Source: Dimargaris cristalligena (taxonomy: Eukaryota). Taken from it: a stretch of DNA of 34,313 bases. Position numbers and translations under genes: made by a program. Shown here in pieces: positions 10,282 through 22,242 of this stretch; the stretch's first letter is position 1; every line of letters starts with the position of its first letter. The stretch covers positions 1 through 34,313 of the forward strand of contig ML002391.1 of NCBI GenBank assembly GCA_003614675.1, given 5' to 3'. The notes below the pieces were generated by a model that worked only from the letters and a program-made list of their open reading frames with translations, ran no database searches and was not told the DNA's origin.

Positions 10282-13211
10282 GGATTAGGTTGTGCTTCCA
10301 ACTGAAATACTGTAGGTATCAAAGTCAGGGAATATCTCATCCACCAGACTCACATTTTGTAACAGGGGCAGTTTGCACATCTACCTAGCCTTGACCCACT
10401 ACAAAGGTGCCATTGACTGGAACAAATCAGGAATCTGGGGCTCATTCAGTTGATACGGGAGTCTACATCCGGGTCACTAACGTACGTATTTAGTTATATG
10501 CTCGATATTATTGCTAGTATGTGGATTGTGGAGATTCTTGGATGATACTAAGGTTGCTTCGAGCCATAAAAGTCCACTGGAATTTGCATTCAAATACTAG
10601 CCGCACCCTCACCACCAGGTAGGGGTCGGATAAGACATGCCCATTGCTGTTATTTTTTGCATCTATATTTCGTTAGAATTGATAATACAATGGCCCATAC
10701 CAAGGCTTTTGGAATATCCCTTTAAGAAAATCGTGCGGCTCTCGTACCGCGCTTTTGCACACTTTTCCCAAGAAACCTCAGTAAGCATACGACATGTGCC
10801 TTTATGATTAGTACCCTAGCCCCTTCGACTACATTCTGCGTGCGACGGTACGGGGTATCTCATACATCGCTAATCCCATGAAGGCTAGCACGCTATATAC
10901 TCCGGCTAAAGTAAAAGGCTCAGGACAGATCCGGTAGTGAAAGTAAAAGCGCCACGATTGCTTTTCCTTCAGAGGGTTTCAGGCAACGAGAGGTGCGCGT
11001 GTTTGCCAAATTGGGACAAACACATTGAAAATCGACCAGTAGAAAAGCCCAAGTTGGCTTAAGCGGCAAACTGAACGATTCAGAATGTAACCCGTGGGAT
11101 TATGCATCAGTTATTGTTTTTGAAGCATCGATTAAAGCTGCCAGTTTAGAATCGACGCCATATTGGCCAACCGATTTAGCTGATAATCCAAAATCAAATG
11201 GACCTGTGTCACCTCAGTCCACCATGCGTTCTCCCTAGCGCATTGCCGAATGGGGTGCTTCAGGTGCTAATGCATGCAATAGTTATCGGCTATGCGCTCG
11301 AAGGGAAGGGGAAGGAAGTATGTCACCGTTGGTGAGCCTACCATGGGCCGTTGGGGTAAAGTGCCTATAATAGGCCAATCTCTCTTTATCTTACCGGGCT
11401 GAATTTAAATGCACGACCCAGCCCAGGAGTATTTTGATATTAGAAAGTCGAACTACCGGCTGTTGTTGAAAAAACTGGACCTGTAGCTATCCCGAACTTA
11501 TAATAAACGGGGCCAGTTTACTTTGACCGTGTTAGATTTTGATTTTAGTTATGTGAATAAATGGCGGAAATGGTTGCCTGGCCTATAAATCCTCACACTC
11601 AGTAATAAAAGTCTGGTATTTGACAGCTGGGCTGAATTTACCCCTTGCTGATTCATTTATGAGTGACATTGGCCTTTTAGACCCCAATTCAGCAGGTTGG
11701 ACAACCGTATGCATTGCCACCGGGGAGCGTCCTAAAAATAGACACTCCTTGGTCTTTACATGTGGGGTCATTCATCAAACGACAGTGCGTGTGGACCAAA
11801 TCATAGGTGTTACAATCTTTTGACAGCGTGAGGTTAACGCACCCTTCATGTCACATTCGTCGCTTCTTATTCACCATAATGACATGACCTTCATATAGCA
11901 AGGGACAGCTCCTAGATGGACGGTCTAGAATAGTTTGCGTATCGATGCCAATTCAAAATGGGCACGGCGTAGCTAGGACTACTCATCGGTTGGTCCAATA
12001 ATCGATCCAGCCTCTACGCTTATGCGCTCGTTTGAGATTTATCTGCGCATGTCCCCGTTGCACTAAAGAGTGATGAAGAGTAATTCATGGGAAACCCCTT
12101 AGGATCCCGCCAGTCGCGGCAGACTAATGAGCCTTATGGGTTGGGTTGCTCTGAAGTAAATGTAGCGCTGAGTTGACGAATGGTCCATGCCAACTCCAGT
12201 ACGACATCTCGCTGATCTAGAAAGATAAGAGTATAGCGAACCCCTCAACAGAACTAATTAACATCAATGATTACCAATGCCTATGCTGAGGCAGGGTCAG
12301 TCTAGCAACAAAATGGGATGGCTCGGCTAGAGATGTGGTACATGCGTATCACTTGAGTGTGAGAGGAGCATAGAGCTCGTAAGATTTGGGCTGGAAATGG
12401 GCAACTGGGGCATCCTTTTTTTGTTCCATGTGGGAGTATCTATTAATATGCATGCCTCTCGTGGAGCATCATGCCCGCCATAGGCTTCTAACATAGGTGG
12501 TGGAACAAACCTCAAAAATAGGAGGGGGCGAACCCGCCGAATATGATGATCAGCAGGCTAGAAAGCAGCGGCGGGCACTGCACTATGAGGTAATTGGGGA
12601 AGAATCCGACTTAACAAAGTGAGCGGCAAACTCAGTAGGCTTGGGTCTACAAAAGGTATTTGAAATGGCACTCCGAGGCCCCTGTCTTAGCGAATGGAAG
12701 GGCATACCTCTAGACCCATGAGTATTACGCTCTTGGCCGATGTTTGGCGACTGAGATTTTGCGGATAAATATAACAGAATCGAGCAATAACTATGCGGCA
12801 GAGGCTTGGTAAATAGGAAGCTCGGGTGGCTAGTTTACTGGTTTACTGGGAGGTGTCAATAATGGGATAGTACCTTTAATTCAGCATCGAATTTAAAGGT
12901 TCATTCCACCTGACGGCCATGCAATGGCCTCTGTCTATAAGGGCCAACCCTTTAATATCGAGCTAAAATACCCCCCGGAGAAGACCACGGCCGGCTAAAT
13001 ACAGTTTGACTTAAAAGGTATGTTTGGATCAGGCCCTCTAAATCAAAATTACTGTACAAGTTCTGAATATAGAACCCTGCTGAATTAGGCGGCACAGAAA
13101 CGCACATAGGCATAATAAAGCGAAAACATGTATATTAACTAATTGACAAAGGGCACCTACACATCTATTTGAAAACCAGGCTGTTTATTAAGACATAGTG
13201 CCCTCCCCCTG

Positions 13212-13859
13212 TTAGTCATCGCCCAGCGCTTTTCGCATAATAATAGCCAAAAGACAAATGAACAATGCCACCGCAGTCAAAGAACAGAAGAGAATGGTAC
13301 CGCGCGACGCCGAAAATACCCCACGTGTCATTAACCGCTGGGTCTTGAAGTAGCGCAAGGTGCCAATGCCCAGTACCGCTATGGACAGCACAATGAACGC
13401 CAACCCCATGGCGCGCCCGACCACAAAGTCGTTGAATTTCGGGTCCTCGTGGTTGCCGGGGTTGTTTAGTTTCACGACAAGTTTCTCCTCGGGTTCGTCC
13501 GTGACCAGGCTGCGAATCTGAAACAGCTGGGTGATGGCTACCCCGACGGTGATGAGGGCAGTACTGGTGCGAAGCCAAGCAAGGAATGTACGCTCATTGG
13601 CTGGTGTGTGGTGGCAATGGGGAAATGGGGGGACATCTGGTGTTGGCACCGGTTGGTTAGATTCGCATTCCGAAAGAGATTCCAATGCAATGGTCGACTG
13701 CGTGGGCTCGGCCTCCAAAATCTGGACAGTCCAGGCCTAAAGTCCAGTAAATGTAAGTTTGCCTAGCTTTCGAAGAGGGCATTTACCTAAGTGGTCGCGA
13801 GCGACACTGCCCTGGTTGGGCAATTCGAGGGCGAAACTGGGCCAGGGGATATTGAGCAT
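13212..13859 (-). CDS. DUF202 (YidH-like) small membrane protein, ~153 aa, 2 exons
   Basis: Exon 1 13859-13787 (MLNIPWPSFALELPNQGSVARDHL), intron 13786-13601 (GTAAAT..CTAAC..CAG), exon 2 13600-13212. Splicing restores the family signature GSVARDHLANERTFLAWLRTS, followed by three hydrophobic helices. Confidence 0.9.
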
Positions 13860-15040
13860 AGATGGTTTGGGTAGTTGGAGGAGTATGTGACTGGAAAGAT
13901 GTTTGGTGGGCGGGAGAAGCGGGTGGGGGAATTCGGGGAAATAAAACAATTTACATGAACAGGCGGTTCGGGTGAAGTTGGTGTGCACAACAGATACAAG
14001 TTAAACTAAGAAAAGTAAAAAGCCAGCAAATTAAATTTATAGAGAGATGTAACGACGCCTAGGCTCTCTACATACGAGTCAAGGAAGAAGGATATTCAAC
14101 TATTACTTATCATTTGAATATCTAAAGGGGATATAAGACGACTGCCAATGGATTATCCTCGGGAGATTGGCCAGTAATGTTTCGGAACAGTTCATATTAC
14201 ACTAAAAGAGGAATTCTTGGAAGAGTCCCTAATTGAAACACGGGGCAATAGGGTCACCGATGGCCCAGGGTACGCCCTATCAACTGGCAATAGCAGTAGT
14301 AGTCACTGGCATCTGACCCGGAGTTGCACAAGTGGCGTGTGGGGCTTTATCTCTTGCCGTGACACGCAGTGCTACAGTTCCAGCTCGGGCCGTCGTGACC
14401 CAGTCAGCCAGGTGCCCTCTTCTCCCCTGCATTGGTAGAGAACTACTATCTAGATCCATAAGTCGTATAATAGCATAGGAAAATCACCCTGTTTATCAGG
14501 GTTAACCGACCCTGTTGTTGTCGGACTACCCCCACTTCCCGATCCGATTAGGGCATCGCAATGGCCATTCGTTTGCGCAGCACACTTTTGCAAAGCAGGC
14601 CCATGGCGGGGCTAGTACCGCTTAATAGACGTATGTCCAGCCCGACTACACAACCCCAATATTTTCGAGATTGCCTGGCTACCAGCAATTGGTACATGTA
14701 AATATATACTACAGCAATGCCCTTGTTTGCAGATAGAAGAAAGCGGTTACTAGTAAATTAAGCCACAAATAACCAAAGTGAGAACCCCCGGTATGTACCT
14801 TACCAATAAGACGGTAACACCAGGACGCAGTCAATTCTGAATGTGGATGAGGGTGGATAACCCGCCCACTAAATAAGGACCAAATGGCCAGATGAGGCTA
14901 AGCCGGGCGATTCACCATATCAGCTGCTTTTATTTTTACATCTATATAATCGACCGAACCTAGACTGCATAATACAATACAATCCAAATCCAAATCTATA
15001 TTTATATTCATATAAAATAATACTTCCTACTTTCATTTAA

Positions 15041-16654
15041 TTAAACACCACTGGTGTAGCGTATCGAGAACTCGGCCATTAGACTAAGATGGTCACTTGG
15101 ATAGAGTGCACTAGGGATTCCCGGTTTGACTTGCTCAGCCGGTGGTAGATTTAATATCCGTTGCATAAGGCAGCTCAACCATCCCGGAGGATCGTCCTCC
15201 TGGTGAGCCGCACTCTCGGTCTTGCCTTGAGAATCGGCGGATTGGTCCGTTGATTGGGGTGCCCCGGTAAACATGATATAGTCCAACGTACCGACAAAGT
15301 CACAGTAGGTGGTGAATTGGGGTTCCGATGTAAGGCCGGTTGAACTAGAAGACCCGATCGCATAGGCACTATACAGCTGGCCAGGGAGGACCAGCTTGTC
15401 GATCTGGCTCTGAACATAGGCCTTCTGGCGGGGCAGGGGGATGAATGGGAAGGGGGACTCGTTCAGGTCTATAGCCTGCTTCATCGTAAGGTTGAGTTGG
15501 GACAAGGCGAATTTGTGCATGGCCTTCACCAACTGATCCAAGTCGTCGGGAGACAGGGGCTGTTCCCCAGTAATGCGGCTGGTGAAGAGTCGATACAGCG
15601 GGCTATCTGGAACGGTATTAAAATCGCCGGCCAGAATCACCGGATAGTGTAACTTGCGGTTGGCTCGACGGATTTCATCGAATATCGTGATCAGCTGGAG
15701 TAGGCGAACGAATGGCTCGGCAGGGTCCCAGTGGAGATGACAAGTGGCGACGACTATCCCCCGGGGAGGTGGTTCGGCGGCCCATTGGAGCCCCTTGACT
15801 GGTGACGACGAAGTATCCTGCGAATCCCCAGGCGCGCCATCAATGGTCATGCCCGAAAAATAGGAGGCCAGGAGTTGATCGTCGTGAGACTGTAGGGCGG
15901 ACCGAGCAGATTTAGACTCCAGGATGGCCAAGGCGGCACTGCTAGAGCCCCGAAACCGCCAGGACTGTTGCAATCGCTGGTTAATCCCATGCTGCGATTT
16001 CAAGTAGTGGTATTCTTTGCTAGGGTAGGGCAGACCTTGGGCTCTGCACCAACCGCTTAGACTAGGGAAGTGCTCGTTGGGGGTGAGCGAAATGATTTGG
16101 GACCGCCTTAATTTCCACTCGGCGGTTTGCCAAGCGATACAGCAACCGTGGGACTTGCGCCGGGGTTTAAACGATTCGGCATGGTAGCCTAACTGGCGCA
16201 GTCGCGGGGACCATCGTCGACCAAGGTCTTCAACTTCCTGGAGGCATAGGATACTGGGACGGAAATGGGCGATTTCTTCCAGAACTAATCGCCTGCGGGT
16301 GCCGGGATCAAGGGATTCGACGGGACTGGCCGGGAAGCGCTCGGGCGGGGCCAAGGACGGGGCCAAGACCTAGAAGGGGTAAAATATTAAAGCATGGGAT
16401 AGGGGTTGCGTATATTTGCTAATTTAGTCCTATTTCTCGGGGGGAGGGGTGTTCAATTGACGAAGCTGAACCGTTCGGGAAGGAAGTGGGTGGCGGGGCG
16501 GCTATTTAGAAGGGGGCGGGCTTACATTGTAGGTCATGAGGGTGAATGTGACCGCCGCGGAGGACCCCTCGGGTTCTTGGGAGTCCGCTGGGTGGAAGCG
16601 GCGGCTGGCGAATCCGCCGATAGCGCCAGCGGCTTTGGTTTCGGCTTGGGCCAT
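15041..16654 (-). CDS. Endonuclease/exonuclease/phosphatase (EEP) protein of the CCR4/Ngl/Angel/nocturnin group, lacking an LRR domain, ~485 aa, 2 exons
   Basis: Exon 1 16654-16526, intron 16525-16370 (GTAAG..TAG), exon 2 16369-15041. Splicing gives FTLMTYNVLAP. Other motifs: ILCLQEVE, HGCCIAW, VATCHLHWDP, VILAGDFNTVP, FTTY..FVGTLDYI, YPSDHLSLMAEF. Confidence 0.88.
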
Positions 16655-16936
16655 TTAAACTAGCCAACTCGTCGAATTCGAAAAATAAGTTTTAGTAGGG
16701 ATAAGCGTACTGTCGAACGGGAGCCCTTGCAGTATTCTCTTAACTATCTGGGCTTCCCGATTGAAAGGCTCAATTGGCCCTGCCCAGCTAGTAAAAAAGA
16801 GGCAGGTAAATCAACTTGGGAACGCATTTATGGAGTAGCTGGGATGCTCTGCCGTAGATTAGGTCACCTGACCCTAAGAAGCGGGGGAAAGGGGCTGCCA
16901 TACGGGCCCAGTAGTCGAGGGGGGAGAGGAACAGCT

Positions 16937-16960
16937 GAGAGAGAGAGAGAGAGAGAGAGA
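16937..16960 (+). repeat. (GA)12 microsatellite in the divergent promoter region
   Basis: Perfect GA run between the EEP and CAF40 start codons. Confidence 0.9.
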
Positions 16961-17227
16961 AGTCTCCTTCCACTAATGGAAGGTACTCTCGCTCGCACCC
17001 AGAGGACAGATAGTGGTGAAGGGCGGCGGAACACTACCCACCACCATCTAGAGCAAGCCCACCCTCTATCCCCCCCACACACTTCTCTAACCTTTCCTAT
17101 TCTGCATTCCCTCCACCTTCCGTGTTCCACTCCTTATCTTATACAGTGTGTTTTGGCGTCATTGCCCCTTTCATTTCTCTCCCCCGTCTTGCGCTTTATT
17201 ACACCCATCTTCCACTTGAACCCATCT

Positions 17228-18499
17228 ATGCAGCCCCCCAATTCCAATCCCGGTCCGCTCGGGACCGGGCCGTTCGCTGGAGGCCTTAATGCCCTCAGCG
17301 GCGCCAGTGGCATCGGCCGCGGCACCCCCACCTATGCGTCCCCCGCCCAGAATCTCGGTTCCAATCTCAGCAGTCTGCTGGGGGCGTCTACCAGTGCCAG
17401 TAGTCACCCTGCGTCGGGAAGCCTGGCCAACCCCGCCCACACGGCCAATTCGGGGTTGAACCATGTCGAGGCCTCTAATCTGCACTACCTGTTGACTTCC
17501 CCCGCCCCCGGCGGCACGGGACACCATGGGTCTGGCCCGGCTACCATGCACGGTGGGCACCCTTTAGGCAATAGCAATGCCCATCCGCTGGGCCCGGCCG
17601 CCAACTCCAGCTTCGGTTCCGGCTCCCAGCGCTCCACCCCCAATCCGCTGGGCTCCAATGTTTCCTCGCCGGCCACTACGGGCGACGAGATCTACCAACT
17701 CGTGCTGGAACTGTACAATCCTCCCAGCCGTGAACAGGCCCTGTCGGAGCTGAGTAAGAAGCGGGACCAGTTTGAAGATCTGGCCCTGGTCCTGTGGAAT
17801 TCCTACGGGGTGATGGCCATTATTCTACAGGAAATCGTGACCGTTTACCCATTGCTGCACTCGGCCTCTCTCTCAGTCCAGGCCTCCAACCGGGTGTGTA
17901 ACGCCCTGGCCCTCCTCCAACTGGTCGCCGCCCATCCCAAGACCCGCCACCTGCTTATTCACGCCAACTTTCCCCAGTTCCTGTACCCGTTCCTCAGCAC
18001 CACCAGCAAGTCCAAGCCCTACGACAACCTCCGCCTGACCAGCCTGGGGGTCATTGGGGCCATTGTCAAGAACGACAGCCCCGAAATTATCCATTTTTTC
18101 CTGCAAACCGAATTTCTTCCCCTGTGCCTCAAGATTATGGAAATCGGCAGTGAACTCTGCAAAGTCGTGGCCACGTTTATCTTCCACAAGATCCTGAGCG
18201 ACGACGGCGGGCTTATGTTCATGACCGACCACCCCCACCGGTTTTATATTGTCCAGCTGGTTCTGAACAACATGATTGAGCAGCTCGTCGACTCTACCTC
18301 CCCGCGTCTGCTCAAAATCATTGTTCGGTGCTACCTGCGCCTGGCCGACGATGCCCGGGCCCGTGACGAGCTTCGTCAGCACCTGCCCGAGCCCCTTCGT
18401 AACGCCACGTTCTTTTCGGTTTCCGACGATCCTACCATTAAACGCTATTTTGGCCAGCTGCTGCTGAAGCTCTCCGACAATGTGGGGGGCCCTCAATAG
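17228..18499 (+). CDS. CAF40: CCR4-NOT subunit CAF40/Rcd1/CNOT9, ~423 aa, with a ~150-aa low-complexity N-terminus, intronless
   Basis: IYQLVLEL..P..REQALSELSKKRDQFEDLALVLWNSYG, SNRVCNALALLQ, FLYPFL, LRLTSLGVIGAIVK, PLCLKIMEIGSELCKVVATFI, RLLKIIVRCYLRL and LPEPLRNATF match the Rcd1 armadillo domain. Start chosen as the first ATG after a C/T-rich leader; in-frame ATGs at 16844 and 16976 also exist. Confidence 0.93.
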   Translation: MQPPNSNPGPLGTGPFAGGLNALSGASGIGRGTPTYASPAQNLGSNLSSLLGASTSASSHPASGSLANPAHTANSGLNHVEASNLHYLLTSPAPGGTGHHGSGPATMHGGHPLGNSNAHPLGPAANSSFGSGSQRSTPNPLGSNVSSPATTGDEIYQLVLELYNPPSREQALSELSKKRDQFEDLALVLWNSYGVMAIILQEIVTVYPLLHSASLSVQASNRVCNALALLQLVAAHPKTRHLLIHANFPQFLYPFLSTTSKSKPYDNLRLTSLGVIGAIVKNDSPEIIHFFLQTEFLPLCLKIMEIGSELCKVVATFIFHKILSDDGGLMFMTDHPHRFYIVQLVLNNMIEQLVDSTSPRLLKIIVRCYLRLADDARARDELRQHLPEPLRNATFFSVSDDPTIKRYFGQLLLKLSDNVGGPQ

Positions 18500-18623
18500 G
18501 ACCCTGGCGATCGCTAAACGCAAGTGGGGAGGGGGGGTGGACCGTCCGCCTAGACCCTGTATACCTTTCATCTACGCCCACATTCTTGACCCCGACGTAT
18601 TCTCCCCCTCTCCTTATATTTAC

Positions 18624-18649
18624 ATATATATATATATATATTTATATAT
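18624..18649 (+). repeat. (AT)n microsatellite in the CAF40 3' region
   Basis: atatatatatatatatatttatatat. Confidence 0.8.
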
Positions 18650-19944
18650 ACCTTTTTTTATTTACTTTGATTTCCTTCAGCTGTTGTTGGTTTTGACAGG
18701 ACTTCTCTTGGCCATTGGTCCCCCCGATAATACATTGTTCTGTTCTTTGCCACACCTACTGGAAGGGGTATTTAAGATTTCACTATGCCTTTCTCCTATT
18801 GCATCTGAGGTCTTGTGGACATGGGTAATGATAATGATTATTTCTTTAATGCCATATCCCCCTCCGGCTTACCCTGGTACGATTGCTTCGGCCCTCCCGC
18901 CGCGGACTATTCCCTCTTCGCGCCCCACTCGTGAGAGTCCCCTCACCACCGTCCAAGTACTTTGCATCACCATTTCTATCATCGCCATCCTCTTTTTCTT
19001 ACTTTACTAATTTCGTTTCACCTGGCCAACTGTAGCAGTATATATTACCGTTATTTTTTTATATTATAAATAGTTTTCCGGCGGCGAGTGCGGGTCTGAT
19101 TTACCGCATTCTCCCTGAATTTGTTGAGTACTCTCTCCTACACTTTTTTTTATTTTCAAAAAGATAAGTTACGCCACTTGCCATGCATAAGAACTCCATG
19201 GTTTTCGATTTCACTCATTTGCGGGAAGCCTGGTAAACCCCCTTCAGTTTAGGCTGCATCGGTACTTCTACCGTATATTTACGGGGGGTATCGGAACCGG
19301 CCGTCGAACTTACTGCCCGATCAAGTTCCCCAGGCACTCGTGCCTTGTATGCCTACCCATTCATTCTATGTAACGCTAATGGAGTCAATAATAGACCGTG
19401 TTTACCTGTTAATCTAGATTTATCGATTCATGTATATTTTAATGGGGAGCAGTCGGCCACCTGTGGAAGTGGTTGTGATCTGTAAGGTGGCATCACCTGA
19501 CTAATTCATATACGGCCAAAGATAATTGAGTGGAACCGAGGAGGGACTTGTCCATCCTATCTGGGGCTAACTGCCCTACTCCCGAAGGTAACCCGTGGGG
19601 ATGGTCGCTTCCCATGAACAAGACCCGACAACTCGATAGCTCGATATGTTGCGGGGGGATAAAGGGACTAGCCGAATCGCAGGCCATACATAGCCCAAGC
19701 TGCTAGGAGGAGGTACCTCTGCTTGTGTGAGTGTATCCATTTAATGACTACCCAGCATGTGCAGTGATGGTATATGCCTGAGTGAGAGGAGCTGGAGAAC
19801 AGACAATAGCCGGAGGATGGTTAGGGGAATTAGAACCCCAGGTATACTGTGGGGTCTCTCGTCTGTTAATAGCGTATCGTGGGCGTGTCCATATTACCTA
19901 CCTATGTATTGTGTGGAAAGGGGGAAAGGGGCGCGGGGACCCGC

Positions 19945-19959
19945 CGAAATTTCCAGAGC
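19945..19959 (+). promoter_or_regulatory. Heat-shock element (HSF site) upstream of STI1
   Basis: cGAAatTTCcaGAGc is nGAAnnTTCnnGAAn with one mismatch, ~350 nt before the ATG. A second gapped TTC-n7-TTCtcGAG lies at 20091-20108. STI1 is a known HSF target in yeasts. Confidence 0.55.
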
Positions 19960-20299
19960 CACACACCTTATAGGCTTTCACAGCCAACCACCGGGCGGCC
20001 TGTCATGTAAGTGGCCGGGGCGGCCTTTTTTTCCATGGCGCAGACATATAGAGTGGGGGGAAAGGGTGTGAATGGCTTTGGTCTAGCGCCTTCCATAATA
20101 TTCTCGAGCGACCTGGTCAGACACATTGACCTTGTTGTTACTATTTCCCTCTCCTTTACCTCTCCCCCGCTATCTCTCACTCTCTTATTTAAGCTTTCCT
20201 TCCCGATCCCATTGCATTTCGCGCATCTACCGTTTTTCTGCACCCGTTCCCCAAACCACCGTTGGAGCCTTTCCTAGTCACTTCATCCCACACAGCGCC

Positions 20300-22015
20300 A
20301 TGTCCACGGCTGACGAACTTAAACAAATCGGCAACCAGCAGTTCAGCAGCGGCCAGTTCGCCGAGGCCATCGATACCTTCACCAAGGCCATCGAGCTTGC
20401 CCCAGAAAACCATGTCCTCTACTCGAACCGCTCCGCCGCCTACGCCTCGACCAAGCAGTACGCCGATGCCCTGACCGACGCCGAGAAGACCATCCAGCTC
20501 AAGCCCGACTGGGCCAAGGGCTATAGCCGCAAGGGGGCCGCCCTGTTCGGCCTGGACCGTCTCGAGGACGCCCGCACCACCTTCAACGAGGGCCTGGCCA
20601 TCGACCCGAACAACACCCTGCTCAAGAAGGGTCTGGATGATGCCGAGCGGGTTATCCTGAAGCGGGAACACCCCGACGCCGTCCGCGGCATCCACGATAT
20701 TTTCGCCGGCGACCTGGTGGGCAAAATCTCTCGTAACCCCCAACTGGCCCCTTACCTGGCCCAGCCCGACTTTATGGCCAAGGTGCAGGCCATCCAGAAT
20801 GACCCTAGCGTGCTCAACCAGCACATGCAGGACCCCCGTATCATGAACCTTATGATGGGCCTCATGGGTCTCCAGGTGTCCGGCAACGGCGACGCCGAGA
20901 ACGACGCTACGCCCTCGGCCATGGATACCTCGCCCCCACCCCCCCGCTACACCCGGGCCGCCACTCCCCCTGCGGAGCCCACCCGCGAACCCGAACCCAT
21001 GGAGCTATCCGATGAGGACCGCCAAAAGGAGGAGGCCCTGGCCGAGAAGGACCTCGGCAACCAGTGCTATAAGAAGCGCGATTTCGAGCAGGCCCTCGCC
21101 CACTACGCCAAGGCCTGGGAGCTGGACAGCACCAACATCACCATTCTGACCAACAAGGCCGCTGTGCTGTTTGAAATGGGCGACTACGACGCCTGTATCG
21201 CCACCTGCGAGGAGGCTGTCGAAGTTGGTCGTGACCACCGGGCCGACTACAAACTGGTCGCCAAGGCCTTTGCCCGGATTGCCAACGCCTACGCCAAGAA
21301 GGACGATTTGGACAATGCCATCAAATACTACCAGAAGTCATTGACCGAACACCGCATTCCGGACACCCTTAACAAGCTCAAGGCCCTGGAAAAGACCAAG
21401 AAGGAGCTGGAGAAGCAGGCCTACCACAACCCTGAGCTCGCCGATAAGGAACGCGAACTGGGTAACGCCCTCTATAAGCAAGACAAATACACAGAGGCGA
21501 TCAAGCACTACGCCGAGGCCATTAAGCGCAACGACCAGGACCCCCGCGGCTACAGCAACCGGGCGGCCTGCTACACCAAACTGCTGGCCTTCCCCGAGGC
21601 CTACAAGGACTGCGAGAAGTGCATTGAGCTCGACCCTACCTTTGTTAAGGCCTACATCCGGAAGGCCAACATTGAGTTCTTCCGGCGGGACTACACGCAG
21701 GCGCTGGAGACGTGCCAGATGGCCAAGGACCTGGACAAGGAAAACAAGCACGGTCACGAAATCGACCAGCAGATTATGAAGTGTTACCAGGCCCTGAACA
21801 CCACCCAGGCCGATACCCCCGAAGCGCGCCAGGAAGCCATGCGCCGTGCTGCGTCCGATCCCGAGGTCCAGCGGATCATGGCCGACCCCATTATGCAGGA
21901 GATTCTGCAGCAGATGCAGAGCAACCCCAAGGCCATCCGTGAACATATGAAGAACCCCATGGTGTCGGCTAAGATTAACAAACTCATTAATGCCGGTATT
22001 ATCCGGGTGGGCTAA
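20300..22015 (+). CDS. STI1: Hsp70/Hsp90 organising co-chaperone STI1/HOP, 571 aa, intronless
   Basis: Start gccATGT. TPR1 (ADELKQIGN..NHVLYSNRSAAY..WAKGYSRKGAAL), DP1, TPR2A (EKDLGN..YKKRDF..KSLTEHR), TPR2B (YSNRAACYTKL) and DP2 (DPEVQRIMADPIMQEILQQMQSNP..KLINAGIIR). Confidence 0.97.
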   Translation: MSTADELKQIGNQQFSSGQFAEAIDTFTKAIELAPENHVLYSNRSAAYASTKQYADALTDAEKTIQLKPDWAKGYSRKGAALFGLDRLEDARTTFNEGLAIDPNNTLLKKGLDDAERVILKREHPDAVRGIHDIFAGDLVGKISRNPQLAPYLAQPDFMAKVQAIQNDPSVLNQHMQDPRIMNLMMGLMGLQVSGNGDAENDATPSAMDTSPPPPRYTRAATPPAEPTREPEPMELSDEDRQKEEALAEKDLGNQCYKKRDFEQALAHYAKAWELDSTNITILTNKAAVLFEMGDYDACIATCEEAVEVGRDHRADYKLVAKAFARIANAYAKKDDLDNAIKYYQKSLTEHRIPDTLNKLKALEKTKKELEKQAYHNPELADKERELGNALYKQDKYTEAIKHYAEAIKRNDQDPRGYSNRAACYTKLLAFPEAYKDCEKCIELDPTFVKAYIRKANIEFFRRDYTQALETCQMAKDLDKENKHGHEIDQQIMKCYQALNTTQADTPEARQEAMRRAASDPEVQRIMADPIMQEILQQMQSNPKAIREHMKNPMVSAKINKLINAGIIRVG

Positions 22016-22215
22016 GCGCTGAGGTGGGAGATTGGGTGCGCTATCGCCCAATTTGCTCGGTTTTTAGGTTATTTGTTTGTTTTGTTTCTATACCGTGGAA
22101 AATAGCCCGTTCACTACTGTATTCAGCCGATATTGAATCTGGCTGGTGTCCCTGACCCTCTCGATATGGAGTTTATGGTTTAATACTGACTCTACCCTGG
22201 TACTGTTGTCCACTT

Positions 22216-22242
22216 ACACACACACACACACATATATATATA
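22216..22242 (+). repeat. Compound (AC)n(AT)n microsatellite
   Basis: acacacacacacacacatatatatata downstream of STI1. Confidence 0.85.

Noticed and set aside
11622-11645. Short match (acagctgggctgaatttaccc) to the element's left end on the minus strand
   Set aside because: Only ~20 nt, and the adjacent sequence does not align; may be chance.
13601-13718. TTG-started N-terminus of the 168-aa ORF 13212..13718
   Set aside because: This segment is intron; splicing restores the ARDHLANERT DUF202 motif from ATG 13859.
16727-17227. 167-codon in-frame N-terminal extension of CAF40 in the ORF track
   Set aside because: It crosses the (GA)12 microsatellite and a C/T-rich leader, is not protein-like, and would leave almost no promoter space for the divergent gene. 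Treated as promoter/UTR, though in-frame ATGs at 16844 and 16976 are not formally excluded.
18480-19010. 176-aa hydrophobic ORF after CAF40
   Set aside because: Hydrophobicity comes from T-rich 3' UTR sequence and an (AT)n repeat (YIYIYI); GTG start overlapping CAF40.
20189-22051. Long antisense ORFs over STI1 (and similarly over ZRC1, CAF40 and the cyclin)
   Set aside because: Expected shadows of strongly GC3-biased coding sequence.
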